Below, piece after piece: positions 1 through 12,135 of a DNA stretch of 64,000 nucleotides. This DNA is from Phoronis australis (Eukaryota; Animalia; Phoronida): the NCBI GenBank assembly GCA_002633005.1, contig NMRA01000101.1, positions 558,001 to 622,000 of the forward strand, written 5' to 3'. The number at the start of each line of letters is the position of its first letter. Position 1 is the first letter of the stretch. A model generated the notes under the pieces. That model searched no databases. It was given only the letters and a program-made list of their open reading frames with translations, and was not told where the DNA came from. The position numbers and the translations under genes are program-made.

Positions 1-3000
1 GTCACTTCAGTACCCTTCATTTTTCTCATTAATACTATTAACTGAGTTCAGTATCGAGTACACTCGCGAATGAAACACGTGTCTTTCTTTTGCGAGATTT
101 TGCATGGTTTTGCGCGATCTCGCTTTTCTCGAAGGAAACTTCATTCGCATTTGAGGTGAAATTTGAGGATAGCAAGATATCTGAGCTTGTCCGAATGGAG
201 TTATATGTGACAAAGCCATTGCTCACGAAACCTTGAAACTATGCTTGTCAACAATTGTATCATGTACGGTTTGAAGAGCATTGCACAAGGGCTAACCGAC
301 AATGAACTGAGACAACTGCGTCATATAGGATGAAGCGTACAAAACAAATAATACATGCCTAACATTTTTCCTCATCAGTTGATATCATAGTTCTCGGCCC
401 ACCAGTACTGCTTTCATTATTGCTGCATTCCTTAAAGTTAATGCAGTCTAATGACAAGAAAAAAATTGATTTCATCGCTCTGTTGCACTTGTTTAGGTCA
501 AGTGATAGAAAAAGCGAGAGGTGGGACCTAAGGCATAAAAGGCTTGGGACTGTGGTCGAATCTACTGAAACGGCACTGAAATTCGAACTCGATTTTTTTA
601 CATTTTCCGTTCTCCTTTTGCAGTTGCGAACTGAAAATACGTGTCCCTTCGTCTGTGCTGGAATACGTTATGGTTCATGTGCATGGATCTCTAGTCCAAG
701 TTCTGTGATTTGATGACCCTTAGATTCGAGCTAAAATTCGAGTAAACGCTCGAGATTTCTAGTAGAAGCTAGTAGGGTCATCAAGTTCAAACTAAGATTA
801 TACAATTATCCATTATTTACTCGAACCTTTTGAAATTCACTCTTATGATCGGACGGCTATCACACGTCTTTGGTGGACAGGCAATCAGCGCCACCTACAG
901 ATCCCATTCAATATGGACGGGAGGTTTCAACCTAGTAGTGGTATCAACAGCGTTTTTAAACACCTTCCCTGCTATGAGAATGCTGGAAAATTTTCGCTGA
1001 CTTGCGGTGGGACATACTAATGGAGGGAAAAGTCAAATCTCTTGAAATATCCATAGATGAAGGACATCATGTCTCATACATTGCCCATTGAGACGAAGAA
1101 CCCACGGCTGCATAGTCAGAGGCTTTGACTGACTCTAAAGCCGTGGGATTTCTGTTCCAGCCGATGTCAAAATTACCTAAAATAAATTAGTGAACTTAAT
1201 CCAATTAAACAATGGGAGGGATTTACATTGGAATTTATTCCTTGCTTTTAATTTGAGCCACTATGTGTAGCAGTGAATTTCTGTCCACTAAATCTGAGTC
1301 GGGACCAAGCAGCAGTTGCTTTCTCGCTCTCATCACTCTTTAGCAAAGGAAAGTCGTGTTTTGGGCAAAAATTGGAGTGTCTCGAAAAAAGAACAGTCAT
1401 ACTGCATCAGCATTTTGTTAAAGATGCATATGAAACTTAGCAAAAGGCTAGAGCATGTGTGGTTCTATATATGCATTTTGAGTGAAGTATAATGAAACAT
1501 GTGAGTTGAAGAAGCGCCCTCATAGTGCAGTTTTGAAAACAAAATGGCCGCTGTAGACTTTGTGACAGTCAGAAATTGCAGGTTTTATGTAAATCTCATC
1601 TTTATCAGTTGAAAAAATTATTACGTCATATATAGGCAAAAATAGGAAGCAATATAATGTGCAGTATAATACGTGATGATATATATGTACGTGTAATATC
1701 AGCTTGACAGCTGCTGCCCAAAGATTACGAGTCTAGTCACTGTATAGTATCTCCCTGAAAACTTATGGTTGCTAAAACTTACAGTCTACAGCCATTTTCC
1801 GAACATGTCAGGTTTGTACATACAATTTTAGTAATTACTGGTTTGGCCCAAAGACGCTTCACCGATCTTTTCAGCTCGATTTTTATAGTACTTTCAGAAC
1901 CGCCGAAGTCGCATTTAGGGAGAATAGTGACTGCACACGCGTAAATTTCCTTTCTTTTTGTTACCAGTCTGAATATGTTCCCGGAAACTTCTTTCGGTGG
2001 TGGTCGTCATACACCAACCTTTAACCTAGTACGTACATTGACACAACTTTTCGGTCACTGTCACAGCATTCTTGCAAAACGTGCAAGGGTGCACAGAAAA
2101 AATTCCCCAATTCCGGCCAAGCAAACTCTAAGCCCGGTGTAGTAATTAGGTACTCCACACACGCCAAGCCAACGACATGCCATACCCAAAGATCCAACAA
2201 CCAGGCAACAAGAATCGTCGGTTTGAGTCTAGAGTTTGGTCACAGTTTATGGAATATTGTCGTTGCGTGCGTAAAGTTTTGATATTTTCCAAAAACACAT
2301 TGAGGTTTTTGGCATTTGGGTTTCAGTCTTTTCTGTGGTCACCGATTAAATTATTTGTGATTATGTTTAGCGAATACAAAAACACGCGTCGTGCTTAGGT
2401 GTATTTTCGTAGGTGACGTGAATTAGACATGTCACTCATATTATAGGGGGTTTTTCGTGACGAGGCATCCCAGTGAACGGATGGTTTTGCAATTTATTTT
2501 TTTCTGCGAAAGGGTTCAGTTGGTGTGTGAGGAGCTCTCAAAAAGTGTCCGTTTTGGTGACACTAAAACTCTATAGAAGAGTTATATATTATTTAGGTTA
2601 GTCGGGCTGAAAGCTACAATCTAAATGAATGTTTAATATGTTTTAGTTCAATAAATAAACATTCCAGTTTGTGGCGTTTAAGAGGTATGGTAAAACCCGC
2701 TACAAAAGGCTGACTTTACCACCGAGGCCCACTGGCCCACAATAAATGATTTCCCGTTAATCCTGCTAACGGGTGGCTTCATACCACGATGACTCTAACA
2801 GGACAAACATCTTCACCTCTAAGACCAAAACGGTGGCGCTATCTTCCAACCCTTACCAGTGACCAATTGGCACGATTTTTACAGACAATGAAATTAACAG
2901 TTTAACCCAAACTGTTTCTTAGCCAAAAATACAGAACAAATCACCTGAATAAATAATTCGCAATGACACTGTTTATGTACAGTTGTCATTACAGAGTGTG

Positions 3001-4828
3001 CACACTTACTTTGTATTTTTACTTAGTTAATGCCGAATTAATAATTTATATTTGCCGATTCCCGCACATCATCGGATGCCCTGCCACGTTTAAAGCAGCT
3101 TGTATTTGACAAAAAATCCACTTAGATTGGTAATTTTACACTGATTTTTATAACCTTGTTGATTGTCCCCTCCGTTACAAGATCTCCCCTTCAATACATT
3201 TTTCTGAGTGAATAGAAGTAAAAAAATAGTGTATTATTTTACTATTAACTCTAGTCAAAGAGAGACCAAAGCGCCAATCAAAGAGAGACCGAAACGCCAA
3301 TAGTTTACAGAATATCGCGGATTCAACCCCAGTCATTATTGAAGAAGTTAAACTTTTTACACGTCTTTTTAGCGGAGGGATCATTTTGCATTTTGACATG
3401 CTCGCCGCGATAATATATTTTCGAAAAAAGTCTATCAGATGCAACTAATACTTTACATGGCACAATATCTAAAAAAATAAATCAGTTGCTAATTAGAAAA
3501 TGATTGCGCAGTTTTAAAATTCACCTCCGTTACGGCCATTTGCACAATAAACGTCGTCTTGTGATGTCGAAAACTCTGAAATGATTTTTATTAAAAACTT
3601 ATTTTCATTCTCCTATGGACATTTCACTGTGGATTCGCCCTTTTCGACCACCACGCGTTCAATTTGTCACTGTTGTGCGGAGGGAGATAAAAAGTTATAC
3701 AAGATGGCCAAAACTTCCAAACGTAGAAAAAAGCGTTCAGTATTGAAAAGTCAATAACGTATATTACGCAGCAAGGATAGTGGGAACCAACTGTAGTTCA
3801 GTATGGAATAATGATTGTACGAAGCTGATAAAGTGAGCATGATACATTAAGTATTATTCCCAATAAACTTTTCATTTAGTCGAGGCAAAATGTTGAGTTT
3901 TCACTGACAACAAAACACTCAAAGCAGACCCATGGCCCAAATCCCCGTGTACATGAGCACGCTAAGTTCAGCACTACTACAATGTCAGAGAAGATTTTAT
4001 ATAGAAAAGAATTGCAGTGAGCTGTATTTATGCTAAATGAACAAACGTGACGTAATGGTGGTTTACGAAAACAATAAATTCTGTATGGTGTCGTTTTTTG
4101 TATCTTTGACTTTCCTAACAACGCACAAACCTGCTGCGCGTTGAGTAGAAATTTTCGAGATCACGCCAAATCACGCAAGCGTAACGCAAGATGACTCTAA
4201 TGTGTTTCTCGGGCATTAAGCTCACGCCTGTGGCACACTTGCAAAATCATTCCACCCCTGAAAATGAGTGTCGGTCGTGTATCGTCCCCACGATTAACTC
4301 TGCCACTTTACTGATTGCTGCATTCAGCTCCGACGCCACACGTTGTCAATGGTAGTATACATTATGTTTACAATTGTGTTCTAGGAAGGAAGCGGTTATT
4401 ACAATGGCATCCTGACAGTCTCTGCGGGAAGGAGAGACAATGTCAGACTGTCAGTGTGTCGCCATTGTTCTACGACGTGTGCTTTGCGTGACTGTCGTAT
4501 TCACATGCTGTGAAAATTCTCTCATCTGTTGGTCCTTATCTAAACTGAATGATCGTGGATCATAGACATACCAGAATTCCGAGATTTACCACGATATTTT
4601 AAGTTACGGCTTCCACGATTTCTGTTCATTGCGTTTGAATCCCTGTTTAAATTGCAGAGTCTAAGGTAAGTATATTTATGCCGTGGCATTCATGCAGGCG
4701 TGGGTTCCTCAGAGGCAACAGTCTCGCAAGTAACGCAAGACTTCGCGAGATATCGCCATGTATTGCAAGCAAAGCACGAGATCACACTAGTTACCTCAAC
4801 GAGGTTCTTGCGTATACGAAAGTCTACC

Positions 4829-5232
4829 CGGGGCCCGGTCTCCAATCTTTTTACTCGAAATGGAACTCGAAATTAGGTTTGGCATTTTCTACTCTACTTT
4901 TGGGCGAAATCAAGATAAGTGTCTATTATTCTATGCTCGAGTACACAATAACTTACGTATATAATTTATTGCCCTTAGTTCACAGTTTGTAAACCCAATA
5001 TTAAAGCAATAAGTTCGAGTTTGAACTCGAAATTTTGAGATTTTGCTCGAGTTTGTAGCACGAATATAAGGGTCTTCAAGGGCAAACTTGAACTAGAAAC
5101 TCCTACGCATAAACTATAATGTATTTGAGCACGGTCTGATAACCAATTATCTTAAGTTCGCACAAAAGGAGCAGAGAAATTGCCACTAGTTTCGAGTTCG
5201 TTTCGAGTACAAAGATTAGAGACCGGGCCCTG
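4829..5232. mobile_element. MITE (non-autonomous DNA transposon) with ~45-bp terminal inverted repeats
   Basis: Left end GGGCCCGGTCTCCAATCTTTTTACTCGAAATGGAACTCGAAA is nearly the reverse complement of right end TTCGAGTTCGTTTCGAGTACAAAGATTAGAGACCGGGCCCTG. Related fragments occur at ~690-780, ~38030-38276 and ~49100-49135. No clean TSD. Confidence 0.8.
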
Positions 5233-5952
5233 GTCTCGTAGAGCACTCTCATAGTTAAAACACTGTTAGAATTACAATGCTTTCAGGCTCGCATTGAAAA
5301 GAAGAGTTCCTTTACTCAGTCACTGACAGACTGCTTTTTTTGCTGATTGAGATTTAATAAAGTTTCATAAACACATATGTGGAGCGTAATAGCAAGTTTC
5401 TGACTTTGAGTCTTTAACCACTATTTTATGTCAGAGCTATACAACAACAAAAATTATTGTGTCTTTGTGATTTAATTAAAGTCGCCAATGCTCTTCATTG
5501 TCTGTTGAACTTCTGCTGAAATCAAGTTAAAACACCCTTAAAATACTCTTCCATTTCTCGAGGGTGATTTGGCTCTGCCAGCAGACCGCTTGAATGTGAC
5601 CACGAGGCCCGATTTCAGAAAATCTCTTTTCTCGCCGATTTTGTCCTAAAATAAGACTTTGTTTCAATATTTTTCTTTGATACTGACAGCCTTATTTAGT
5701 TTTGAAATCGAAATATAAGTCTAAATTTCCTAAAACAATGTTCCCGGTTTTCGTGTTCTTTAATTCCAACGGGCTTGCCGCCAAAATACATGACCTGTGT
5801 TTGACAATAACTAGTCAACAGATTGAACATAGAACGTTTAAATTGCACTTTCATTTTTTTCAGGTGACGCCTATTTAACAAAAATTTACAGAAGACTGAC
5901 TAGGCGACTTACAAAAGCGTGTTCATTCGTTTGATAGGAGCTCCCTTCAGTT

Positions 5953-7683
5953 ATGTCCGTCGCTGTGCCCCTTGCGACATGCACGGGAAAATACTTGGGT
6001 GCATTTAACGCGCCAGCCGGCTTCGTTGGTTGCGATGCAATATACGAAGCAGTCAAAGCCATGGTGAAACAGGGAAACCACCTCGCGCACGACAGGCCGT
6101 ACGCGTGGGTAAAGGTCTTCAGTAATGGGGTCGCCGTCCAGCTGCTTGGAACTGAAGAACTGTACGCTTCATTCTATAAAATTTATCAAACTCACACTGC
6201 TAAAGCGTGGAAATATGGCGAGTGTCTTGACCTCTTTGTTCTTGTCATGCCTCAGAACTCATCATCGCGAGCCTTGTGCTTAATTGTTGAGTGTAAGAAT
6301 GAGCAAGCAGCGGTTTCCCTTGAGCTGGCTTGCTTTTTTGCTCGCGAAAACCGTCTGGGGTGGCGCCATGAAATTCCTCTCAGATCTGAATTGATAAAAC
6401 AAGCATCCGCGACGTTTACAAAAATTAAAACAGAAGGTTATGTTTGGAAACGCCAACCGTCCGTCAAGAGTGAGGACAACTTTCCCATTTTAAGGCGCCG
6501 CAATTCCAAGTTGCCCACAGCGGAACTCGTCGGTCACCGGGTCACTTACGATAAGACAACGGAAATCAAAAGACACAATAACGATGGACAAGTCGTTGTA
6601 TCAGCTCCCTCTCGCCGTACACTTGTAGACCTTGAAAACGGGCATAATGCCATCCCTAATCCCTGCCACATCAGTCAACCATTACAAGTCTTCACCGGTT
6701 CAGAAAGTGTCGTGTATGACACTCAAACATCTACAGCGCCAAACCAACAGCACAACGAAAATAATGGCTTCGTTGCACCAGATCAACCATTTGACGTTCA
6801 TACGTATTACAATTTGCCGAATCCCACGTGTGATCCATACGCTACGTACAACACGTACATAATATATAACTCATTTGTATCCGACGGGACTCAATATAAT
6901 GGTTACGAAAACGGTACAGACTCGTTTGAGGAGGTTCAATGGATAGAATCGACGAACCAACCACAAGGTGTCACTACTTATGACGCGCTAGAATCTCCCA
7001 GTATTCACAGTCTTAAGCGACCGTCAACCACAGACGTCCGCTTTGACCACGTTGACAGCGCCCACTCCAGAAAAATGTCGGACGCTAGCGTGCCTACCAG
7101 CATGCATAGTGCCATGCGGACCTCATTCGCAGACAGTGTCCACTCCAACAAGATGACGGATGGTGACATGTCTAACCGCATTCACAGTGTGCGGCGGCCG
7201 TCAACCACGGAGAGCGTCCACTCCAGCACAATGTCGGATGCTAGCGGTATTCATAGTACCCGTCGACCATCAACCACGAACAGCGTCCACTCTAGAAAGA
7301 TATCCGAAGTAAACATATCTAACGGCATTCATGGTGCCTGGCAACCGTCAACCGAAAACAGCATTCACTCCAAAAAGATATCGGGCGCAAACACATCTAA
7401 CGACATTCAAAGTATCCGACGGCTGTCAACCGCGGACAGTGTCCACTCCAAGCAGAGTTTACACAGCGAACTTCTCGAAACACTGAAAGCCAGACAGATG
7501 CGTAGAGCTAGCCGGGAATCTGACACGGATGTTTCTGACCAGGCGGCCGTGCGTAATTTTAAGGTTCCAAGAAAGGTTAGCCAACGGGAAACCATTGAAA
7601 AAAGCATGTTTATTGATGATTTTTCGCCTGCAGTGCCAGGGTCTAGAAAAGTTTCGTTTAGTGAAGATTGTGGTGTATATTAA
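5953..7683 (+). CDS. PTB/PID-domain adaptor-like protein, paralogue A (576 aa, single coding exon)
   Basis: Long ORF with a close paralogue at 10449. N-terminal ~135 aa follow the PTB pattern (KYLG...G..AIYEAV...VKVFSNGVAV...LFVLV...CLIVEC...AAVSL). A Tyr-rich middle and a Ser/Thr repeat tail follow. AATAAA at 7844-7849; splice-acceptor-like CTCCCTTCAG immediately before the ATG. Confidence 0.85.
   Translation: MSVAVPLATCTGKYLGAFNAPAGFVGCDAIYEAVKAMVKQGNHLAHDRPYAWVKVFSNGVAVQLLGTEELYASFYKIYQTHTAKAWKYGECLDLFVLVMPQNSSSRALCLIVECKNEQAAVSLELACFFARENRLGWRHEIPLRSELIKQASATFTKIKTEGYVWKRQPSVKSEDNFPILRRRNSKLPTAELVGHRVTYDKTTEIKRHNNDGQVVVSAPSRRTLVDLENGHNAIPNPCHISQPLQVFTGSESVVYDTQTSTAPNQQHNENNGFVAPDQPFDVHTYYNLPNPTCDPYATYNTYIIYNSFVSDGTQYNGYENGTDSFEEVQWIESTNQPQGVTTYDALESPSIHSLKRPSTTDVRFDHVDSAHSRKMSDASVPTSMHSAMRTSFADSVHSNKMTDGDMSNRIHSVRRPSTTESVHSSTMSDASGIHSTRRPSTTNSVHSRKISEVNISNGIHGAWQPSTENSIHSKKISGANTSNDIQSIRRLSTADSVHSKQSLHSELLETLKARQMRRASRESDTDVSDQAAVRNFKVPRKVSQRETIEKSMFIDDFSPAVPGSRKVSFSEDCGVY
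7003..7458 (+). repeat. Coding tandem repeat, ~78-bp / 26-aa unit, about 5.5 copies (IHSxRRPSTxxSVHSRKxS...)
   Basis: Units begin IHSLKRPSTT, MHSAMRTSFA, IHSVRRPSTT, IHSTRRPSTT, IHGAWQPSTE, IQSIRRLSTA. The DNA repeats CCGTCAACC and GTCCACTCCA. Confidence 0.9.
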
Positions 7684-9189
7684 GCAACTTTACGGAAACG
7701 TTCAGTCAGTGACGGGAACGTTAATCTAGTCTTGTAATATTTTGTTAGATTATGTAATCGTAAGCTCACTATTAGAATAACAACTGGTTAAATGTGTACA
7801 AGATGTATCTGTTTGTAATATTTTGGATTATGATTAGATAGAAAATAAAGGTTTAAAATGCAAGAAAAACAATTTTTCATAAACACCTTGATAAGTACAC
7901 CTTACAAAATTACAGGATCCATAACTTTTCAGGAGGCATTTTTCAGGAAAAGTAACTTCAAACTTTGAAATCTTAATGTCAGAATTTTTTGTTTTACGCT
8001 CCCACAAGCCATCATTCGCATGCGATTACTACGGACTGAGAAACGGCGAATTCAGACAGCCAAAACTCTCTAGACTACGGGAAGCAGGTGACATATTGAT
8101 GTTGACCAGCCAGACTTTTTACAAAAACCGAAGTGTCTGAAGGGTAAATGGATTTCCTGTTTAATTCCAACTTCTCGCTTGGAAGCAGCAAATTTTAATA
8201 AGAAACATGAGGCAACTCTTACGCTAACATTTGGAGTATTGTTACCCCAACACCTAAGCGACTGTGGTTAACACGTCTTAGTAACCGACTCAGAAATTGA
8301 TGTGTATGGCGTAGCCTCGAATCCGGAACAAATCCTATTCGCTAATTTCTTTTATAATGTACCGATTTTAAAAATTCGAAGACGAATAATAGTTTTTATT
8401 GGATACCAACGCAATGTGAATGCACGGGGGCACCACCCCGTTTGCCTTTCCCCCATTCTGCACGAGCCACCCCACCCAAAAGGCGCCAATATGGTTACCC
8501 TACTTGACGTAAATTGACTTAAAAGTATAGTAGTTTCTTCTTTAATAAATTGAAGTCTTCGGTTTTACTACAGGACACGAAATTTTTGCACTGCGTTTAT
8601 GCCATTATCATATTCAGTATAACGTCGCGACATTTGACCTCGGGTCCTATTGTTGCTGATTCTGCGTTGAGTTTCTGTTATCTAAAGTAATTCAACGCAA
8701 AATCAGCACATAACGATAAATAAATGCTTACATCATTAACAGTGTGTAAAACTTTAAAATGATTTTTTTATCAGAACTGTAGTTAGAGGTGTTGTTTATT
8801 CCAGTGTGAGTACTGTCCTAGTTTAGCATTTCTATCTTGTTAGATAATGATTTGGTCTACCATTGATATCCAGCGACAATTATTTTGTTTTGAGTGACTG
8901 AAAAATCAGTTGACTGCTCTGTATACCAATTGGCTGGATCTGAACAATTTAGTTGTGCTTATGCAATTATGACGAGCAAAGCAAACAGTTTATTTGTCTA
9001 AAGTATTTTGTTTTCATAATCAAATTCGCACCAGATAATTTTAACATTGTTATTGTCTTATTTTATCTGGTGCAACTGTTCGGCAAAATGTTGGTGAATC
9101 TTACGACGACAAATGAACATCGCATGCGTTGTCACTTGTATAACTAACATTGCCCAACGAGCTCCGTTACTCCGTAACACATGGCTTCG

Positions 9190-9800
9190 TTGTTAAATTT
9201 GGTATCCTAATTCATCCGCCGGTATTCAACGCCGAACCATGTGACACCGTCATTCGTCACCACCAACACTACGGGACAGCTATAATTTGAAGTTCAAGGT
9301 TCAATGATGACCATCTTTAACATCTCCTGCACTTCCTCTTCATTTGACACTGTGAAGTGTTGGTCAGCTCACGCTGTCTCACTCTCATTTCATGTTCTGT
9401 CGTCAACTCGTGACTGGTCAAATCGGTATCTCCAGCCTGATTGCTAAATTCATATAGGCAGTCGTGTTGGAGTTTGAGTTCTTGAACACGCTGCTCTGGC
9501 GTTAACGAATTTCACAGTACAGCTAAACATCTTCTTAGGTTTCGCCGTGCGCTTGTGGTCGAAGCTCCAAGCCGCCTTTATCGAGAGGAGTCGTTAGTCG
9601 CACAGTTGTCGATCAACACAGCACCAAAAGTTTGATCATTGTCTTCTGTGTTGTCAATCTCAGATTCGTGGTACCCCTTCAGCAGCTTGACATGGAAGAT
9701 CTTAATCTTGCCATTCGTGTTGATCCCGTAGTCACAAGTGCGAACCTGCCTGATGGTCATCCGGGCACTGCAATTTCTGTGAAGCAGTACGATACCCATC
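9190..9800 (-). mobile_element. Degraded Ty3/gypsy pol fragment with integrase upstream of RT (Gmr1-like order)
   Basis: Minus-strand ~9790-9665 reads ...IRQVRTCDYGINTNGKIKIFHVKLLKGY (integrase C-terminus). Downstream ~9340-9195 reads EEVQEMLKMVIIEP*TSNYSCPVVLVVTNDGVTWFGVEYRRMN (start of gypsy RT). Stops and frameshifts present. Confidence 0.7.
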
Positions 9801-10448
9801 ACAAAAAGCCTTTGGAATACCTAATGCATAAGAAACGAGTACGTGATTAGTCTCATGCAAAGTGTGCATTACCGTAAAGTGAAAGCAAGAATGGTAAACG
9901 TATGGACCACCAGATATCGAATGCAACTGTTAATGCAGTGAGAGATAAGAGAACCTCCAACAAGCTCTAAATCACCTATGGGGATTCGTGGTGATTCTTA
10001 GCTTGACCAGACATTTGGAAGTACAATTATTGATATTAAATCAGCTAGTACTGCATGCTATGATATCAACATTCATTCCGACGATTAAGTGTAAAAGTTT
10101 GAAAATCGTAGAGTCATTTGTCACGATGTTTTGATCTTTTTATGTTTGGTCAATTTTGTGCAGCATTCTTCGGCCAAGATGTTGCTCCCTACTCCGCCCT
10201 CGTCACGGTCCGCTGTTGTCGTAAACAGTCAAGAATAACCATTAGGAGCTATGATATTGTCATTTTATTTCAAAATGATTGATACTGACCTGAATATTTA
10301 AGTGATATTCATGACAACAAGTTCACGGTGGGTGTGACGAGTTTAACTGGTTTAACTCCAGCTGTCCAGTGAAGTCGCCTCGTGACGTCCACTAGAATCG
10401 ACAAATAGAAACATTAATTCTGTTGCAAAGTTCAAGAAAGGATTGGAA

Positions 10449-11786
10449 ATGACTGCCGCTGTGCCCCTTGCTACATGTATAGGAAAATACTTGGGTGTAT
10501 TTATCGCCCCAGCTGGCTCCATTGGATGTGACGCGGTATACGAGGCAGTCGGAGCCATGGCGAAGAAGGGCAACCTCTACAGGCACGACAGGCCCTACGC
10601 ATGGGTGAAAGTCTTCAGTAATGGGGTCGCTGTCCAGCTACTTGGAACTAAACAACTGTATGCATCGTTCTATAAGATCTACCAAACTCACATTGCTAAA
10701 GCGTGGAAATATGGTGAACATATTGACTTGTTTGTTCTCGTCATGCCATTGACGCAATCTCGGCTTTTGTCCTTGATTATTGAATGCAGGGACGAGAAAG
10801 CCGCTGTTTCCCTTGAAAACGCTTGTTATTTTGCTTACAGAAACCGCCAAGGATGGCGCCATGAGATTCCTCACAGATCTGAATTGTTGAAACAAGCAGA
10901 CGCTACATTCACGCAAATAAAAGCTGAGGGCTCTGTTTGGCCACGTTTCTTGCCACCACGCAGCCCTACCATCATACATGGTGACAGGTTGCCGCCATTA
11001 TTACGCCAGAATTACCTGGTTCCAGCTGAAATCATCAACCATCGAGTCAGATATGACAGCCCATCAGTAACCGGAAGATACGTCAATAATCCAATGCTGT
11101 CGCAAGCCGTTGTGCCAGCGTCTGGTCGTCACGCATCTGTTGAGGCTTACTATGGGTATGACGCTCTGTCTCACCCTTATTACTTTAGTCAACCGTTACA
11201 CGTCAACACCGACACAGAAAGTTCTGTGTACGAGATGCACGCAAACGGGTTGACAACGCCAAACCTTCATTACAAAACAGCGAGCGTTGTCGGTGTGCAA
11301 GATTCACCATTTGACGGCCATGCTTACTATAATGTTCCGAGACTCTTGTATGATCCGAATACAGCTTATAACAACACGTACATAATGTATCACTTGCCTT
11401 CATCCAACAGGTTCGGAAACGATGGAGAATCGTTTGAAGAGCTTCAATGGGTCGAATCGACTAGTCAACCACCAAAAGCCGCTGCTTATGACACGCGTGA
11501 CACCAAGACGTCCTTCAGTGTCTATAGTACTCAGCGGCCGTCGGCCAGCGACTCGGAAGTGCGTCTTGACCACGCTGGTCGTGTCCACTCCAAAAAAAAG
11601 TCTCACGGAGATATTCTCAAGATAATGAAAGCGAGACAAATTGACACACCAGATGCTGTACTTGCCACAGACGTTTCTAATCAGCGGGCGGTCCAAGATT
11701 TTAATTCCCGCGTGAAAGTCAGTAGACTAGAAACTATTGAAAAAAACATGTACTTCGATGATGATAGTTCTCAAGCTATGATCTGA
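10449..11786 (+). CDS. PTB/PID-domain adaptor-like protein, paralogue B (445 aa from ATG 10449, single coding exon)
   Basis: Very similar to paralogue A over the PTB domain (AVPLATC.GKYLG, HDRPYAWVKVFSNGVAVQLLGT, AKAWKYGE, GWRHEIP). Tail blocks are also shared (YYNxP, SFEExQW, KARQ, TDVS, ETIEK). The track start is a TTG; the first ATG is at 10449. Confidence 0.85.
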   Translation: MTAAVPLATCIGKYLGVFIAPAGSIGCDAVYEAVGAMAKKGNLYRHDRPYAWVKVFSNGVAVQLLGTKQLYASFYKIYQTHIAKAWKYGEHIDLFVLVMPLTQSRLLSLIIECRDEKAAVSLENACYFAYRNRQGWRHEIPHRSELLKQADATFTQIKAEGSVWPRFLPPRSPTIIHGDRLPPLLRQNYLVPAEIINHRVRYDSPSVTGRYVNNPMLSQAVVPASGRHASVEAYYGYDALSHPYYFSQPLHVNTDTESSVYEMHANGLTTPNLHYKTASVVGVQDSPFDGHAYYNVPRLLYDPNTAYNNTYIMYHLPSSNRFGNDGESFEELQWVESTSQPPKAAAYDTRDTKTSFSVYSTQRPSASDSEVRLDHAGRVHSKKKSHGDILKIMKARQIDTPDAVLATDVSNQRAVQDFNSRVKVSRLETIEKNMYFDDDSSQAMI

Positions 11787-11934
11787 AACGCTTCCATGAG
11801 TGAACGATTCCACATAAAAGCTAGCAGCGGAACCTACTGTACTTTAAAAATGTACTGGTTTCAAAAGAAACACAAATTTGATAATTGGTAACTGCAGACA
11901 TTGGGAGACTAAAGCTGTAGAGAGTAGCACTGGA

Positions 11935-12135
11935 AGTGGCAGTTGTAGGTTGCTAAGGTGCTAGTCCACACATCGTTCCAAAGGTTAAGGGATCAAATCT
12001 CGACCTTTAGCAAAAAACAGATTCTTAATTATCTTGGTAAAAAATTTGCCGCCGTTAATTGTTGGTGTCTTGGAGTGTGAAACTATAGAAAGTGACATAA
12101 GCCGGCAGTACCTACCGTCCCACAAAGCGACACAA
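11935..12135 (+). repeat. Probable degenerate tRNA-derived SINE
   Basis: A-box-like TGTAGGTTGCTAAGG and B-box-like GGGATCAAATCTC, followed by a SINE-core-like segment. Does not fold into a full tRNA. Confidence 0.35.
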
